Assembly: GCA_030603385.1 (NCBI GenBank)
Contig: JAUVXW010000038.1
Span: 1-41,299 of the forward strand
Source: Promethearchaeota archaeon
GTDB lineage: Archaea; Asgardarchaeota; Lokiarchaeia; Sigyniarchaeales; SOKP01
Reading direction: 5' to 3'
Length of the DNA: 41,299 nt
A program made the translations under genes and the position numbers. The notes under the pieces were generated by a model that had not been told where the DNA came from, did no database searches, and saw only the letters and a list, made by a program, of their open reading frames with translations. Shown piece after piece: positions 10,218 to 20,560 of this stretch. Each line of letters opens with the position of its first letter. Positions within the stretch are counted from its first letter, which is position 1.

Positions 10218-10952
10218 TTGCCAAGAAAGTCAATAGCAAGAGGAAAAAATCTAGGTATAAGATATGAAGAGAGAATTAACAAATTATTAAAAAATAGAGA
10301 ATTACAACTTGAATCAACCGATTCTGCTGGTGCTTCAGATGCTCCTGATGGGTTTTTTTGGTTTAAAGGAAGTAGATTCCCCATTGAAATTAAAAGACAA
10401 AATGCAGATTTTGCTCAGGTCGAATTAAATTGGGATGATAAAACAGGATTCATTTTTTCAGATAAGTCGAAGAATCTTTTTTTTAGTAAATTTTTTAGAG
10501 ATAATACTAATTTTTTAGAAAGAATAAATCGTACATGGTCAGAAAAACCCAGAAAGTTCACCCATCAAAAATTAACACAATACGATAGAAATTGGGATTT
10601 GGATCATTTTGTTGACATCAAAGAACCAATAGATGTCTCCTTTATTGAAAGCTTTTATAATTTGAAGGAACCTCCAGTGCATTATATACAAATTGAAAAT
10701 AGAGGTTTTTTTTACCTTGGGTATGATATTGCTGAGTTGGGAGTACCAAGAATTAATGGAAAACCTTATCTTAGAGCCAGGGTAAAAACTAGATCTGCTT
10801 CTAATAACAAATGGGGTTTTCTGGTAGCTATAAAAATGCCTGGTATAAATCCTTCTGATTATGATATTGAAGAAAAAAAAGATCGCATATTCCCTTTCAC
10901 AAAAGGAAATCATATTGATAATCCTCAGAGATCCTTGAAGAATTTTTTTTAA
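10218..10952 (+). CDS. Putative type II restriction endonuclease (PD-(D/E)XK)
   Basis: G..YE...APDGFF...IEIK motif; directly upstream of an MTase. Confidence 0.7.
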   Translation: MPRKSIARGKNLGIRYEERINKLLKNRELQLESTDSAGASDAPDGFFWFKGSRFPIEIKRQNADFAQVELNWDDKTGFIFSDKSKNLFFSKFFRDNTNFLERINRTWSEKPRKFTHQKLTQYDRNWDLDHFVDIKEPIDVSFIESFYNLKEPPVHYIQIENRGFFYLGYDIAELGVPRINGKPYLRARVKTRSASNNKWGFLVAIKMPGINPSDYDIEEKKDRIFPFTKGNHIDNPQRSLKNFF

Positions 10953-10988
10953 GTTTATTTTAAATATCTCTATTTATAATTTCTATCG

Positions 10989-12146
10989 ATGGATTTTGGG
11001 CAATATAAATATGAGTTTGAGCTAATTTCTAGTGATTTAACCGATTTTGAAGAAAAAATAGCGAGACTAGAGCAAATACGTTATATTGAGGATCCTAAAA
11101 GGTTTTTCACAGAAACAGCATACCAAAAAAGGGTTGATGGGAACTTAACCTACTATTCCTTATTTTCAAGAATTAAATCAAATCACTTTAATAGAGGTTC
11201 TGGGTATTTAACACATGGTTTTGGTTTTTACAGAGGTAGTTTTCATGGTCAAATGATTAGAGGCTTGATTAATTGTTGTAATTTGAAACAGGATTCTACA
11301 ATATTAGATCCTTTTTGTGGATCTGGTACTACTCTTGTTGAAGCAAGCCTTTTAGGATTTAGCTCAATTGGTATCGATATTAATCCAATAGCATGTTTGA
11401 ATAGTAAGGTAAAAACCGATTTATTGGATTATAATATTAATCATCTCACTAAAGATAATAATAAGTATTTTAATCTATCATTTTTTGATGATTATATTGA
11501 TAATTTAACAGATTTCAAAAAAAATATCATAGGGGATGTAAAAGATTTATTTTATTTATTTATCTTTTTAAGAGCTCTATCAACTGAATTTCGATTTTCA
11601 GTTGATAGGGAAACTAACTTTAAAAGAATATACAAACGGTATGTTAATACTCTGAAATTATATAATGATTTTAAAAAAAAAAATGACATTCTCCTTGGTA
11701 AATCAAGTATTTTTTTCAGTGATTGTTTAATGGAATTAAAAAAAATTAGAACAGATTCAATCGATACTATTATAACATCACCACCCTACATCGATATGAT
11801 TGATTACATACAAGAAGATTTAATACCAATTAAGCATCTGTTTAAAAAGAAAGAGATTGAATTTTTAAAGGCTAAATCAATAGGTAATAAATTTAAGAAT
11901 CTTTTAATCACAGAAAGGCTATATTGGAAAAGAATAAACATATTTTTGCAGGAATCATTCAGAATATTGAAACCGGATAAATATTTAATTATAATAATAA
12001 ACAATTATAAGAACATGAAAGAAACATATGAAAAACTCATATTTACAAATAATTTTTATATTGAAATGATACTTAAAAGAGAAGTTATAAATGTTAAGAA
12101 AAAAGATAATAAGGAATTTGTTTATTTCTTAAAAGCTAAAAAATAA
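10989..12146 (+). CDS. DNA methyltransferase, probably N4-cytosine, alpha class
   Basis: DPFCGSGTT SAM motif precedes TSPPY. Confidence 0.88.
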   Translation: MDFGQYKYEFELISSDLTDFEEKIARLEQIRYIEDPKRFFTETAYQKRVDGNLTYYSLFSRIKSNHFNRGSGYLTHGFGFYRGSFHGQMIRGLINCCNLKQDSTILDPFCGSGTTLVEASLLGFSSIGIDINPIACLNSKVKTDLLDYNINHLTKDNNKYFNLSFFDDYIDNLTDFKKNIIGDVKDLFYLFIFLRALSTEFRFSVDRETNFKRIYKRYVNTLKLYNDFKKKNDILLGKSSIFFSDCLMELKKIRTDSIDTIITSPPYIDMIDYIQEDLIPIKHLFKKKEIEFLKAKSIGNKFKNLLITERLYWKRINIFLQESFRILKPDKYLIIIINNYKNMKETYEKLIFTNNFYIEMILKREVINVKKKDNKEFVYFLKAKK

Positions 12147-12287
12147 GTGTATAATCCTATTTAAGATACTTAGGGGATCGATATTTTTCAATTCAAATGT
12201 GTATTTCACGCTATTAGCCTAAGAGAAAAAGGTGTAGGAGTAAATAACTATGTTTTCTAACCTTCTATTTCTCTTATCTCCCTCCCC

Positions 12288-12316
12288 CGTGGTGCCCCCT
12301 CCTAAAAAAGTAGGTG
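12288..12316 (+). repeat. 29-bp GC-rich direct repeat, copy 1
   Basis: CGTGGTGCCCCCTCCTAAAAAAGTAGGTG versus CGTGTTGCTCCCTCCTAAAAAAGTAAGTG at 15174-15202 (3 mismatches). Confidence 0.75.
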
Positions 12317-12552
12317 TAGACCGATCTCAATTTAGAAATAATTGTAAAATTTTCAAGATTAGAGTATCTATTTCCATACATAAATTATGTCATCAATATG
12401 GAATTTTACAAACTCATTAGGGTCATTCCTATTCTCAATATTATGTTTATAAATTTAAAATTAATTCTGATTGGTTTATCACTTCTAATTATGAATTATT
12501 TTATAATATGAACTTGAATTTAGTAGAGTACTTATCAAAATTAACTAATGAA

Positions 12553-13701
12553 TTAAGCATTATTCAAACAGTTTGGATCATTCCAAAATTCTGAAGCAAA
12601 TAATGAGATAAATAACTTTAATAATGGTCTATGTATCACAATATATTTCCAAAATCCTGTTAATTGTTTATATCTGTGGAGTTCATCAACAGTACTTCCT
12701 CCTATTCTCTCACGATTTGAAAAAAGAGCGCCAGGTTCTTCATATGATTGAGTAATAAATTGTTTAATGTCGTGATGAGTTATTTGAGTGGTATTATAAT
12801 GATCAGAATCTGAATGTTTGAATTCCAAAGAGATGTTTGATTTTAAAGCAGTCTTAAAGTATTCTTTAAGATTAATAATTCTACCATCAACTTTTCCTGC
12901 ACCACCAATTCTAAATATAAAAGAAGCTACTATACTGCCTGAGTATTTTTTTAAAAAATTTTTTCCCTCATTATATTTTCTTGGATGATCTACTATATAA
13001 TTTAGTAATCTCTTTATAAATTCTTCGAACTGATATTCATCTATCTTATCGATATTATCATTTATTATTTGTTCGATATTTTGAATCTTAATTGAAGGAG
13101 CCCTACTAAAGATAAAATCTACAATTGCATTATCATCAATTGAAAGCAAATCAATGATCCATATTACATTTTCTGCGTCAATTCTTTCATTATAATCACA
13201 ATAGGTATAAAGAATATCATCACTGTAGTAAAAAGAAGTCTTGCAATCAATATCTTGACATAAATCTAAAAAACAAATTTTGTGAATTTTCTCATTGTTT
13301 TTTAATATTATATGTGAATTATCTGTTTTCTCAGGCTCTAAAGTTCCCCGAATTTTATTGATTAAATATAATCGAAGGTTCAAACATAATATTTTAACAA
13401 AGTATGATGTAAAAATTTTCTTATTCTGAGTCCTAATTATGCGATTACATTTATTACACGTTGTAAATTCTGCATTATTTAGAACTATTCCCGTTCCAGT
13501 ACAATTTTTTTGATCTTCTGGTAAATCTACATAATCCTCATCATTTCTATTAACACATTTAACGTAAAGCTGTTCCTGTAATGTAATAAATTCAAGTTCC
13601 TCTAATTTTTTTAACTCCTCATTGATTATATCAGTCTTGTAATTGTTTCTGAAAAAAAATTTAAGTTTATCTTTATCAAAATCATCAAGGATTGATCCCA
13701 G
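12553..13701 (-). CDS. Zn-ribbon + Mrr-like restriction endonuclease domain protein (extends upstream of the listed ORF)
   Basis: Frame is open from 13704 and encodes KCVN...NCTG...CNKC before the listed TTG; C-terminus has YQFEEFIKRLL...VDG...LEFK; start uncertain (CTG at 13701 or frameshift). Confidence 0.65.
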   Translation of the reverse strand: MGSILDDFDKDKLKFFFRNNYKTDIINEELKKLEELEFITLQEQLYVKCVNRNDEDYVDLPEDQKNCTGTGIVLNNAEFTTCNKCNRIIRTQNKKIFTSYFVKILCLNLRLYLINKIRGTLEPEKTDNSHIILKNNEKIHKICFLDLCQDIDCKTSFYYSDDILYTYCDYNERIDAENVIWIIDLLSIDDNAIVDFIFSRAPSIKIQNIEQIINDNIDKIDEYQFEEFIKRLLNYIVDHPRKYNEGKNFLKKYSGSIVASFIFRIGGAGKVDGRIINLKEYFKTALKSNISLEFKHSDSDHYNTTQITHHDIKQFITQSYEEPGALFSNRERIGGSTVDELHRYKQLTGFWKYIVIHRPLLKLFISLFASEFWNDPNCLNNA

Positions 13702-14887
13702 GTATTACCACCAAATTAAACTCTTTTTGTATAAAATCTTCAAATGAATTTCTAAGACTTAATGATAGACTATTATCTGCATATCGAATTTCAAATCCCT
13801 TTTCCTCATCATGTTTAAAGACTAATCGTAATCGATGTTTTTCATAATAAATTTTACATTCTGAAATTGATTTAATATCTTCTATTAAATCTTTCCCATT
13901 CTCTCTAAACCATTTAATAGCCGGCCCTACACTTCTATTTTGCGGGGAAGAAATTTTTAAAGATGGATTACTCCTAATTGGACTTAACTCAATTAATAAC
14001 TCTACAAGAGGTGTTTGCTCAAAATCCTCAATTTCTTTAAAAAAATTTTGTACATTGGAGACATCATTAAAATCTTCATATTTTTTTACGATCTCAACAT
14101 CTCCGATTTTTTTTAAATCCATACCCATTACTATTGGGATAAATTTCTTAATATCTATCCTTGATTGATACCCTACTCTAAAACTTTTTCCCTCTCTTGG
14201 AATACGCAGGATTATCCATTCACAAATTGTATTATAGACTGTTTCATCCAATTTTTGATTTTTCATTCTTTTAAATTCTCTTATAAAAAAGGTATAGATG
14301 TTTTCTTCAAATTCTACTTTTCCTATATATTTGCTACTATAATCATCGTTCTCAAGGTTATCGAATTTTTCTAAAAAAGTGGTTATTTTATCTTCAGATT
14401 CGAATAAATTAATAACTGTATCAACATCCTTAATATCGATTGAAAACTTGTTAAGAGTACGTTTAAATGCTGTATATAAGAGAAGAATTTGAATTAATAA
14501 ATTTGGATTTTTTTGGTATAATTTTACTATTCCAGCATATTTATCATATTTTTTGTAATCTTCTATTGATGTCTTAGAAGTCTTTGTGATTTCAGCTCTT
14601 TCTGTTTCAGTTAAGTTTTCCTTTATTATAATTACAATTGGTTCCATCCACATATTATTAGCAAAATCTTGTAACAAAAAGAAAACTTTAAGATTTTCTT
14701 GATTACTAAACAACTGTGTAATTAATTCTTCACGAGAACCTGAAGATTTTAAAAATGTTGCTATAAGTCTCACAGTATATTTAGTTTTATTCTTTAAATC
14801 TTCAAGTTTTAAATTTTTGATGTTTTCCATAACCTTATCATAATCAACTAGAAGTTGATTTTGCCAATAAAATACATTCTCGCTCAT
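13685..14887 (-). CDS. Hypothetical protein, first gene of an operon with the Mrr-like nuclease
   Basis: 400-aa ORF overlapping the downstream gene. Confidence 0.8.
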   Translation of the reverse strand: MSENVFYWQNQLLVDYDKVMENIKNLKLEDLKNKTKYTVRLIATFLKSSGSREELITQLFSNQENLKVFFLLQDFANNMWMEPIVIIIKENLTETERAEITKTSKTSIEDYKKYDKYAGIVKLYQKNPNLLIQILLLYTAFKRTLNKFSIDIKDVDTVINLFESEDKITTFLEKFDNLENDDYSSKYIGKVEFEENIYTFFIREFKRMKNQKLDETVYNTICEWIILRIPREGKSFRVGYQSRIDIKKFIPIVMGMDLKKIGDVEIVKKYEDFNDVSNVQNFFKEIEDFEQTPLVELLIELSPIRSNPSLKISSPQNRSVGPAIKWFRENGKDLIEDIKSISECKIYYEKHRLRLVFKHDEEKGFEIRYADNSLSLSLRNSFEDFIQKEFNLVVIPGINP

Positions 14888-15173
14888 ATAAATCGTCTTT
14901 TAAATAAATTTTTATCTTTTCTCTAAAAATTACAATAATGTATATTATATTTATACTAAAAATAATATTTAAGAATGAACATTTATAGCCCCTATTCAAA
15001 AGAGATATTTTTAAATTTTTATAATGTAAATTTATATAATTGGGGCTTTGCTTTATCACTGACTGCTCTGCTTCATTCCACATCTAACTTAGGTGGAGCG
15101 GTAATAAATAAATGTTATCTTTTCCATATAACTTTTCTACTTATATTTTCTCTCTTTCTATAATCTCTTACCG

Positions 15174-15202
15174 CGTGTTGCTCCCTCCTAAAAAAGTAAG
15201 TG
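15174..15202 (+). repeat. 29-bp GC-rich direct repeat, copy 2
   Basis: Matches 12288-12316. Confidence 0.75.
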
Positions 15203-15244
15203 AAAAGATATCAGATCAAAAGATAAATTAAAGTTATTGAAAAC

Positions 15245-15961
15245 CTACAAATTAACCTTCTTCTTAATTGAACTGGAGATAAAGTCAATGTAGGTTTGAA
15301 TATTTCTACAGCATTCACCAATGTAAACATTATCACATATTAATTCCTTATTTAACTCCTCATTTGGTAATTCTAATTTCCTAAGATAAGTGCTTGAAAT
15401 CTTTCCATCGTTATGTACAATTATATTTCTCCTGAAATAGTTTTCTCTTAATTGTTTCCAGTATTCAAACTCTTCTTTTAAACTAATATTAAACTTATCC
15501 ATTAACATTTGTGCAATATTATCAATATCAAAATATCCATACTTGTTTACTTCTTTCTGGGTTATGTACTCATGTAAATCGTTGATATCAGAGAATTCCA
15601 ATATTGTTTCATAATTTAAATGTTTCCTTTTACTTTTCATTAGCTCTGGTCTATATTTAAATAAGGTTTGAAAGAAATCCTTATTAAATGCTTCAAATAG
15701 AGAGAAAAGGTAAATTAAACTCATTTTTGGAGTATGTTCCTCTATTAATTCAAATTTTTCAAATAAGCTATGACCTAACTTATCATACTTATCAGGTTTC
15801 CTATCCTTTATATGAATATAGTTTTTGTCACTCTGAATTCTTTTTAATTGAGCAAGTTGAGTATTCCAAAAGTAATTACTTGCAGTATTCATCTCTAGAA
15901 CTAAAGTGGTATGGTAACTGTAATAATATATTAATTTGTCAATTTCAGTGTTTAGATCCAT
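15245..15961 (-). CDS. HEPN-domain protein (putative RNase)
   Basis: RRNIIVHNDG RxxxxH motif; upstream S.FEAF helix. Confidence 0.7.
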   Translation of the reverse strand: MDLNTEIDKLIYYYSYHTTLVLEMNTASNYFWNTQLAQLKRIQSDKNYIHIKDRKPDKYDKLGHSLFEKFELIEEHTPKMSLIYLFSLFEAFNKDFFQTLFKYRPELMKSKRKHLNYETILEFSDINDLHEYITQKEVNKYGYFDIDNIAQMLMDKFNISLKEEFEYWKQLRENYFRRNIIVHNDGKISSTYLRKLELPNEELNKELICDNVYIGECCRNIQTYIDFISSSIKKKVNL

Positions 15962-16214
15962 AATTACACTATTCTAATATTCAATTTTCATAAACTTTTG
16001 TTTTATCCATCTAAAAATAATGCTAATTCATCAAATATTAAATGAGTCTATAAATCGTAACTCTATGATAATTTAATATAAAATAATGCTCTTAAATAGA
16101 TACCCTCTAAGTAATTCAATTTACTCCAAAAAATTAATAAGTGTAGGATTAACATATGGTTATAGTATGAATTTATTCAAAATATATGAAATATTAAAAT
16201 AGGAGGAATAGAAG

Positions 16215-17564
16215 ATGATATCTCCTATCTTTCAAAAAAAATTAATAGACGTACACTTTGCAGATATCCAATCTCTTGTTGATAATCAAATTCCAGAGTC
16301 TTACGATATAGATTATAAACAAGATTATCCTAATAGTAAGAAATTAGCAAAACTAATGGTTTCATTTGCCAATGCTTCAGGAGGATATATCATATTAGGA
16401 ATAAAAGAGAAAAAAATTAAAGATCCAATTACAAATAAAGAAAGTAAAACAGGTTTACCTGAAAAAATAATTGGGATTAATAAAGGAGATCATTCAATTA
16501 AAATAACTCAAATTATTTTAGCCCACTCACAACCAAAAATAATCCCACAAGTTCATTTTTTTGAGCATGCTCAAGATAACGATAAGGATGTTGTTATAAT
16601 AAAAATTGATGAAGCTGTAGAACCAATAATGTATTATCACGCCAATGATAAAGATAGTAATAAATTCTTTATCAGAATAAATGACAAAATAGAACCTGGA
16701 GATCAACCTCTTTTGAAAAAACTCTTCTCCTACAGACCATTTTACGAAAAAATCAGTGAAATCCAAAGAACTGTATTTGATAACCAAAATAATATTTATA
16801 GAATTTATAAAGCAGGACATCAGGAAAGGAAATATATATTATTAGGGTTAGTAGTAATTCCATTCAATAAAAACTTTCAAATTCTCGATCTTAAATCAGA
16901 AGATATTGAACACTTTATTCAGAATTTATATAATTCCCTCAATTTAGAAAACCCCTTCCAGTTAATGGTGAATTTCTCAAGTTTTTTAAGAAATTTTAAT
17001 TATATGGGGGATTATTTTAAAACTTCCTTTTTTGATGAAGGAGAAAATGAGAGTTGGTATAATAAATCAGAGCTAGATCTTTTTAGGAATGGAATAATTA
17101 AACATAATATTATATATCAAACAGTTTCAATTGCTTCTATTCATCCATATGTGAATATTCCCTTGTTAATGGAAGAGTCTAAAAAAGAAAGATTTCAAAA
17201 GGCACCATATTTGATGGGAGAATTACTAGTCTATATTTACACATGTTGGTTAAAATTAATAAAATTAGTCTTTGAAAGAGGAAATTTTGGCGGAAGATTT
17301 AATCTAACTTCCAGAATTAAATATAAGGATGATATAGCTTTAGGCATTGGGAAATACTCACCCTTAAGTCATACTAATGATATTAAAATAGAAAAAACAA
17401 TTTATACTATTGATTTATCTGGACGAGATTCTTTAAAAGCTATTCTAAAAGATATATTGAGAGAGATTTTAAGATATTTTGGATACGATTTATTAAATAT
17501 TGATACAAAACTTCAAGTTTTTGAAAGTTCAATAGATAATTATATAGATTTTATTATCGCTTAA
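16215..17564 (+). CDS. AlbA_2 (Schlafen-like) domain protein
   Basis: ESYDIDYK...LAKLMVSFANASGGYIILGIKE...FFIR. Confidence 0.85.
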   Translation: MISPIFQKKLIDVHFADIQSLVDNQIPESYDIDYKQDYPNSKKLAKLMVSFANASGGYIILGIKEKKIKDPITNKESKTGLPEKIIGINKGDHSIKITQIILAHSQPKIIPQVHFFEHAQDNDKDVVIIKIDEAVEPIMYYHANDKDSNKFFIRINDKIEPGDQPLLKKLFSYRPFYEKISEIQRTVFDNQNNIYRIYKAGHQERKYILLGLVVIPFNKNFQILDLKSEDIEHFIQNLYNSLNLENPFQLMVNFSSFLRNFNYMGDYFKTSFFDEGENESWYNKSELDLFRNGIIKHNIIYQTVSIASIHPYVNIPLLMEESKKERFQKAPYLMGELLVYIYTCWLKLIKLVFERGNFGGRFNLTSRIKYKDDIALGIGKYSPLSHTNDIKIEKTIYTIDLSGRDSLKAILKDILREILRYFGYDLLNIDTKLQVFESSIDNYIDFIIA

Positions 17565-17772
17565 AAACTCCAAACCTGTATAAATGATAAAATAAACCTA
17601 GTGATTAAATATTAAAAATGGACAAATTAAACTCATTTGTTTATTTTTTTAAAATCACTCAAATTATTTAACATTTCAACCCTATCATAATTTTCGATTT
17701 TCTTTTCACAGTTATAAATATATTTAATACTGTGTTTTTACTTAATAATCAAAACGAAATCCTGGTAATTAG

Positions 17773-18459
17773 ATGAAAGAAAAATTAAAATGGAATGCGA
17801 TTGGATTAGTTAAAAAAACCCAAATCCTTTATGACTACCTTCAAAATGAGAAAAATAATATTCCTATTGACCATACGAGTAAATCTTCAAAATTGTTAGG
17901 ATATTTAGCTGAATTGAATCATCTTCTTGAACAGATGGAAAAGATTGAAAAAATAATAATACCAAAACTTGAAAAGTTATTCCGATTGAAGTTTACTACT
18001 CCAGAACTAGTTATGTTTGCACTATCTCGCCCCAGTATTCGGAACATCTTTGACGACTTGAACAAGCATTTTAAAAGTGACGGAAATGCCCCATTGAATG
18101 AAAAAGAATTAATTGAGTTAGCAAGTTCTGGAGATGCTGCAGATGTTCTAGCCCTTTTAGGAGATGCTGCACTTGATCTAATCATTGTCCAATTATTATG
18201 GGATTCATCCTTGTCAAAAACAGGAAATCTTACCGAAAAACGACAAGAAGTTGTTTCAAATCAAAATCTTGCCAAATATTGTGATGAATGGGGATTATTC
18301 ACCTGCAGGCTCAACCGCTTAAAAGGTACTACAGAAGAAGAAGCAAAACAAGAAACTATAAATCATGAAAAAGCAACCTTAGTTGAATCAGTATTAGGAG
18401 TAATTTATCTTGAATTTGGACAAGAAGTCTTACTCAGGATAGTTCCATTGATCCAATAA
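17773..18459 (+). CDS. Ribonuclease III domain protein (Mini-III-like, no dsRBD)
   Basis: LALLGDAALDL...VSNQNLA...ATLVESVLGVIYLE. Confidence 0.85.
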   Translation: MKEKLKWNAIGLVKKTQILYDYLQNEKNNIPIDHTSKSSKLLGYLAELNHLLEQMEKIEKIIIPKLEKLFRLKFTTPELVMFALSRPSIRNIFDDLNKHFKSDGNAPLNEKELIELASSGDAADVLALLGDAALDLIIVQLLWDSSLSKTGNLTEKRQEVVSNQNLAKYCDEWGLFTCRLNRLKGTTEEEAKQETINHEKATLVESVLGVIYLEFGQEVLLRIVPLIQ

Positions 18460-18479
18460 AAATTATAAGTGAAAAACCC

Positions 18480-19307
18480 ATGTATTTAGCGTTTATTGAT
18501 GAATCAGGAACGATCCAAGAAAAAAATCCTCAGAATAATTATTATGTACTCACAACAGTGGTAATGCAAGAAAAAGGGATGAAGTACCTTCATCAAAAAA
18601 CTCAAGAACTTAAGAAAGAAATATGGAAGATTGTTCAAGGGTCAAAAAAACGAATGCCTATTCAATTTGAACTCCACATGCAAGAAATCAAGGATTCAAA
18701 GGGGTTCTTCAAGCCGTTAAGAAGTAAAAAGGATAAAGCTGAGAACATCCTGAGAAAAGTTTATAACTACATTCAAAATCTTTACATAAAAATCATTTCC
18801 ATAATTATTGTCAAAGATAAGTTTTTCGAGATTTATGATCTTGAAGAACTCTTAAAATGGGCTCTTAAATTACTTATTGAGCGCATAAATCGTTATGTCT
18901 GGGGAGAATCTAAAAATGATAAGGAATATGCTCTTTTAATAATGGATCAAGATTTTGTTCTTGATAAAAAGAAACGACAGTTTATCTCCGAAATGATGGA
19001 ACTTGGTGTTAAATACAATACAATAGATGTTGATAGAGTATTAGATACTCCAATAATTTTAAAATCTGAACTTCACAATGGAATTCAAATCGTTGATTCA
19101 GTAGCCTTTTTAATTCACAGATATACAAGAAAGAAGTTAGAAGGCAATATTTCTACGTTATTCGATGAATTATCCGATGAATTTGTTTTAAGTTTAGCCT
19201 GGAAATTCTATGGGGGTGCTCCTTCAAGTAATAATGAATCGGGGTTAAAATTCTTCCCTTCAAATTATTCACCTCCCTCCGCATATTGGGATGCCTTCTC
19301 GAAATAA
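18480..19307 (+). CDS. DUF3800 domain protein (RNase H-like fold)
   Basis: MYLAFIDESG, ELH and S....IQIVD motifs. Confidence 0.85.
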   Translation: MYLAFIDESGTIQEKNPQNNYYVLTTVVMQEKGMKYLHQKTQELKKEIWKIVQGSKKRMPIQFELHMQEIKDSKGFFKPLRSKKDKAENILRKVYNYIQNLYIKIISIIIVKDKFFEIYDLEELLKWALKLLIERINRYVWGESKNDKEYALLIMDQDFVLDKKKRQFISEMMELGVKYNTIDVDRVLDTPIILKSELHNGIQIVDSVAFLIHRYTRKKLEGNISTLFDELSDEFVLSLAWKFYGGAPSSNNESGLKFFPSNYSPPSAYWDAFSK

Positions 19308-19580
19308 ATGTCACATATAAAACGTTTTGTATCAATAAATTTCTAGTGTATTTCTCGTTTTGTATCATTAGATATCTTTTGTTAATAATTTTAAACACTT
19401 TATTAAGCTAGATAAAATCAGTTCAACTTCATTAATCCCTTAATAGTTTAAATAAACTTAACTCCCTATAGTAGTTTAGTTAAGAGATTAATAATTTCTT
19501 TTATAAATAAAGCTACTAAAAAATTTTATAGATAATGAAAATTTTAAAGAATTTTTTTCAAAAACTATTAAAACTACTAT

Positions 19581-19895
19581 ATGGAGGTGAAAAAGATGGA
19601 TAAAAGAGATTTACATTTTTTCAAATACAGACTTCATGGAATAATATACTTGAAATTTTATAGAGATCTAAAGAAGTTTGGATTCGAATTTCTAATAAAT
19701 CATTATGAGGAATTTTACTTTCTAACCAAGTATAAAGAGTATGGTCCAGAGTTTTTAAAATTCTTAAATGCGGCGATTGAATTGAAAATAATTGAAATCA
19801 TCAATATGAAGGATTTAATTGAGTTTAAAGATAGCTGTATATTGAGATGGGTCTTCATGAATTTAGATGATGATGGAAGGAATGAAAATAATTGA
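19581..19895 (+). CDS. Hypothetical protein
   Basis: ORF; GGAGGTG suggests the real start is the second ATG (MDKR). Confidence 0.5.
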   Translation: MEVKKMDKRDLHFFKYRLHGIIYLKFYRDLKKFGFEFLINHYEEFYFLTKYKEYGPEFLKFLNAAIELKIIEIINMKDLIEFKDSCILRWVFMNLDDDGRNENN

Positions 19896-20016
19896 TTGCA
19901 TCTTACAGTGCGGCAATATTCAATTATCTTTTCCTTCATTTAATATATTCTTATTTTTTTTTTAAAATTTATTATTAAAATTATTAAGATAGTATCAAGA
20001 ATTAAGAAACTCAAGA

Positions 20017-20247
20017 TTAGGTTTTGAGTCTGATTCGAGTGAGAAGTTTATCAACATCAATCTTTTCACTATATTTAATAATATACTTATTTGGACCTGT
20101 AGTCTCAGTCACATCTAATAATTCTACATTAGCTAAAAGCCCTAATGATCTCCAGATGAAATTAATTTTTGAGCGATCAGTTGATTCTATATTTTTTTTT
20201 ATTCGAATTTTTTTTACAGTGATGATATTATCGCCTTTCTCAATCAA
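20017..20247 (-). CDS. Small winged-helix-like protein, possibly 5'-truncated
   Basis: ITVKKIR...SKINFIWRSL..L...KY.I; TTG start. Confidence 0.4.
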   Translation of the reverse strand: MIEKGDNIITVKKIRIKKNIESTDRSKINFIWRSLGLLANVELLDVTETTGPNKYIIKYSEKIDVDKLLTRIRLKT

Positions 20248-20251
20248 TTTA

Positions 20252-20560
20252 TTATCTTAATGTTTTTTTTTTGTATATCCATTCAGTAGCATAGAGATAT
20301 CCATTTCGAACTATTAATTGACTTTTAGGGCACCATGTTCCACGTTTACCACCAATAAGTATTGCTTTTCGCGTCTGTTTTCTACGCCTTTGAGCTGGAA
20401 CCAATCTAATATACTTCTTTCCATTTTCATATATAACTTGTCCATGTTGTACTTCATGTTCTTCTCTAAAAATTATATTAAGATTATTTGGATTATTATT
20501 GAACTTATTTCCATCTTTATGATGAATGTCGTAATCAGATGCTATCGAGTCCCTATTTAT
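20252..20560 (-). pseudogene. 5'-truncated HNH endonuclease with C-terminal T.KA...W.PKS domain (absent from the ORF track)
   Basis: Manual translation: YDIHHKDGNKFNNNPNNLNIIFREEHEVQHG...ENGKKYIRL...KQTRKAILI...WCPKSQ...YLYATEWIYKK; no start codon, abuts the RM gene stop. Confidence 0.75.

Noticed and set aside
14844-15163. ORFs 14844-15083 (-) and 14975-15163 (+)
   Set aside because: Low-complexity AT-rich intergenic sequence with no recognisable motifs.
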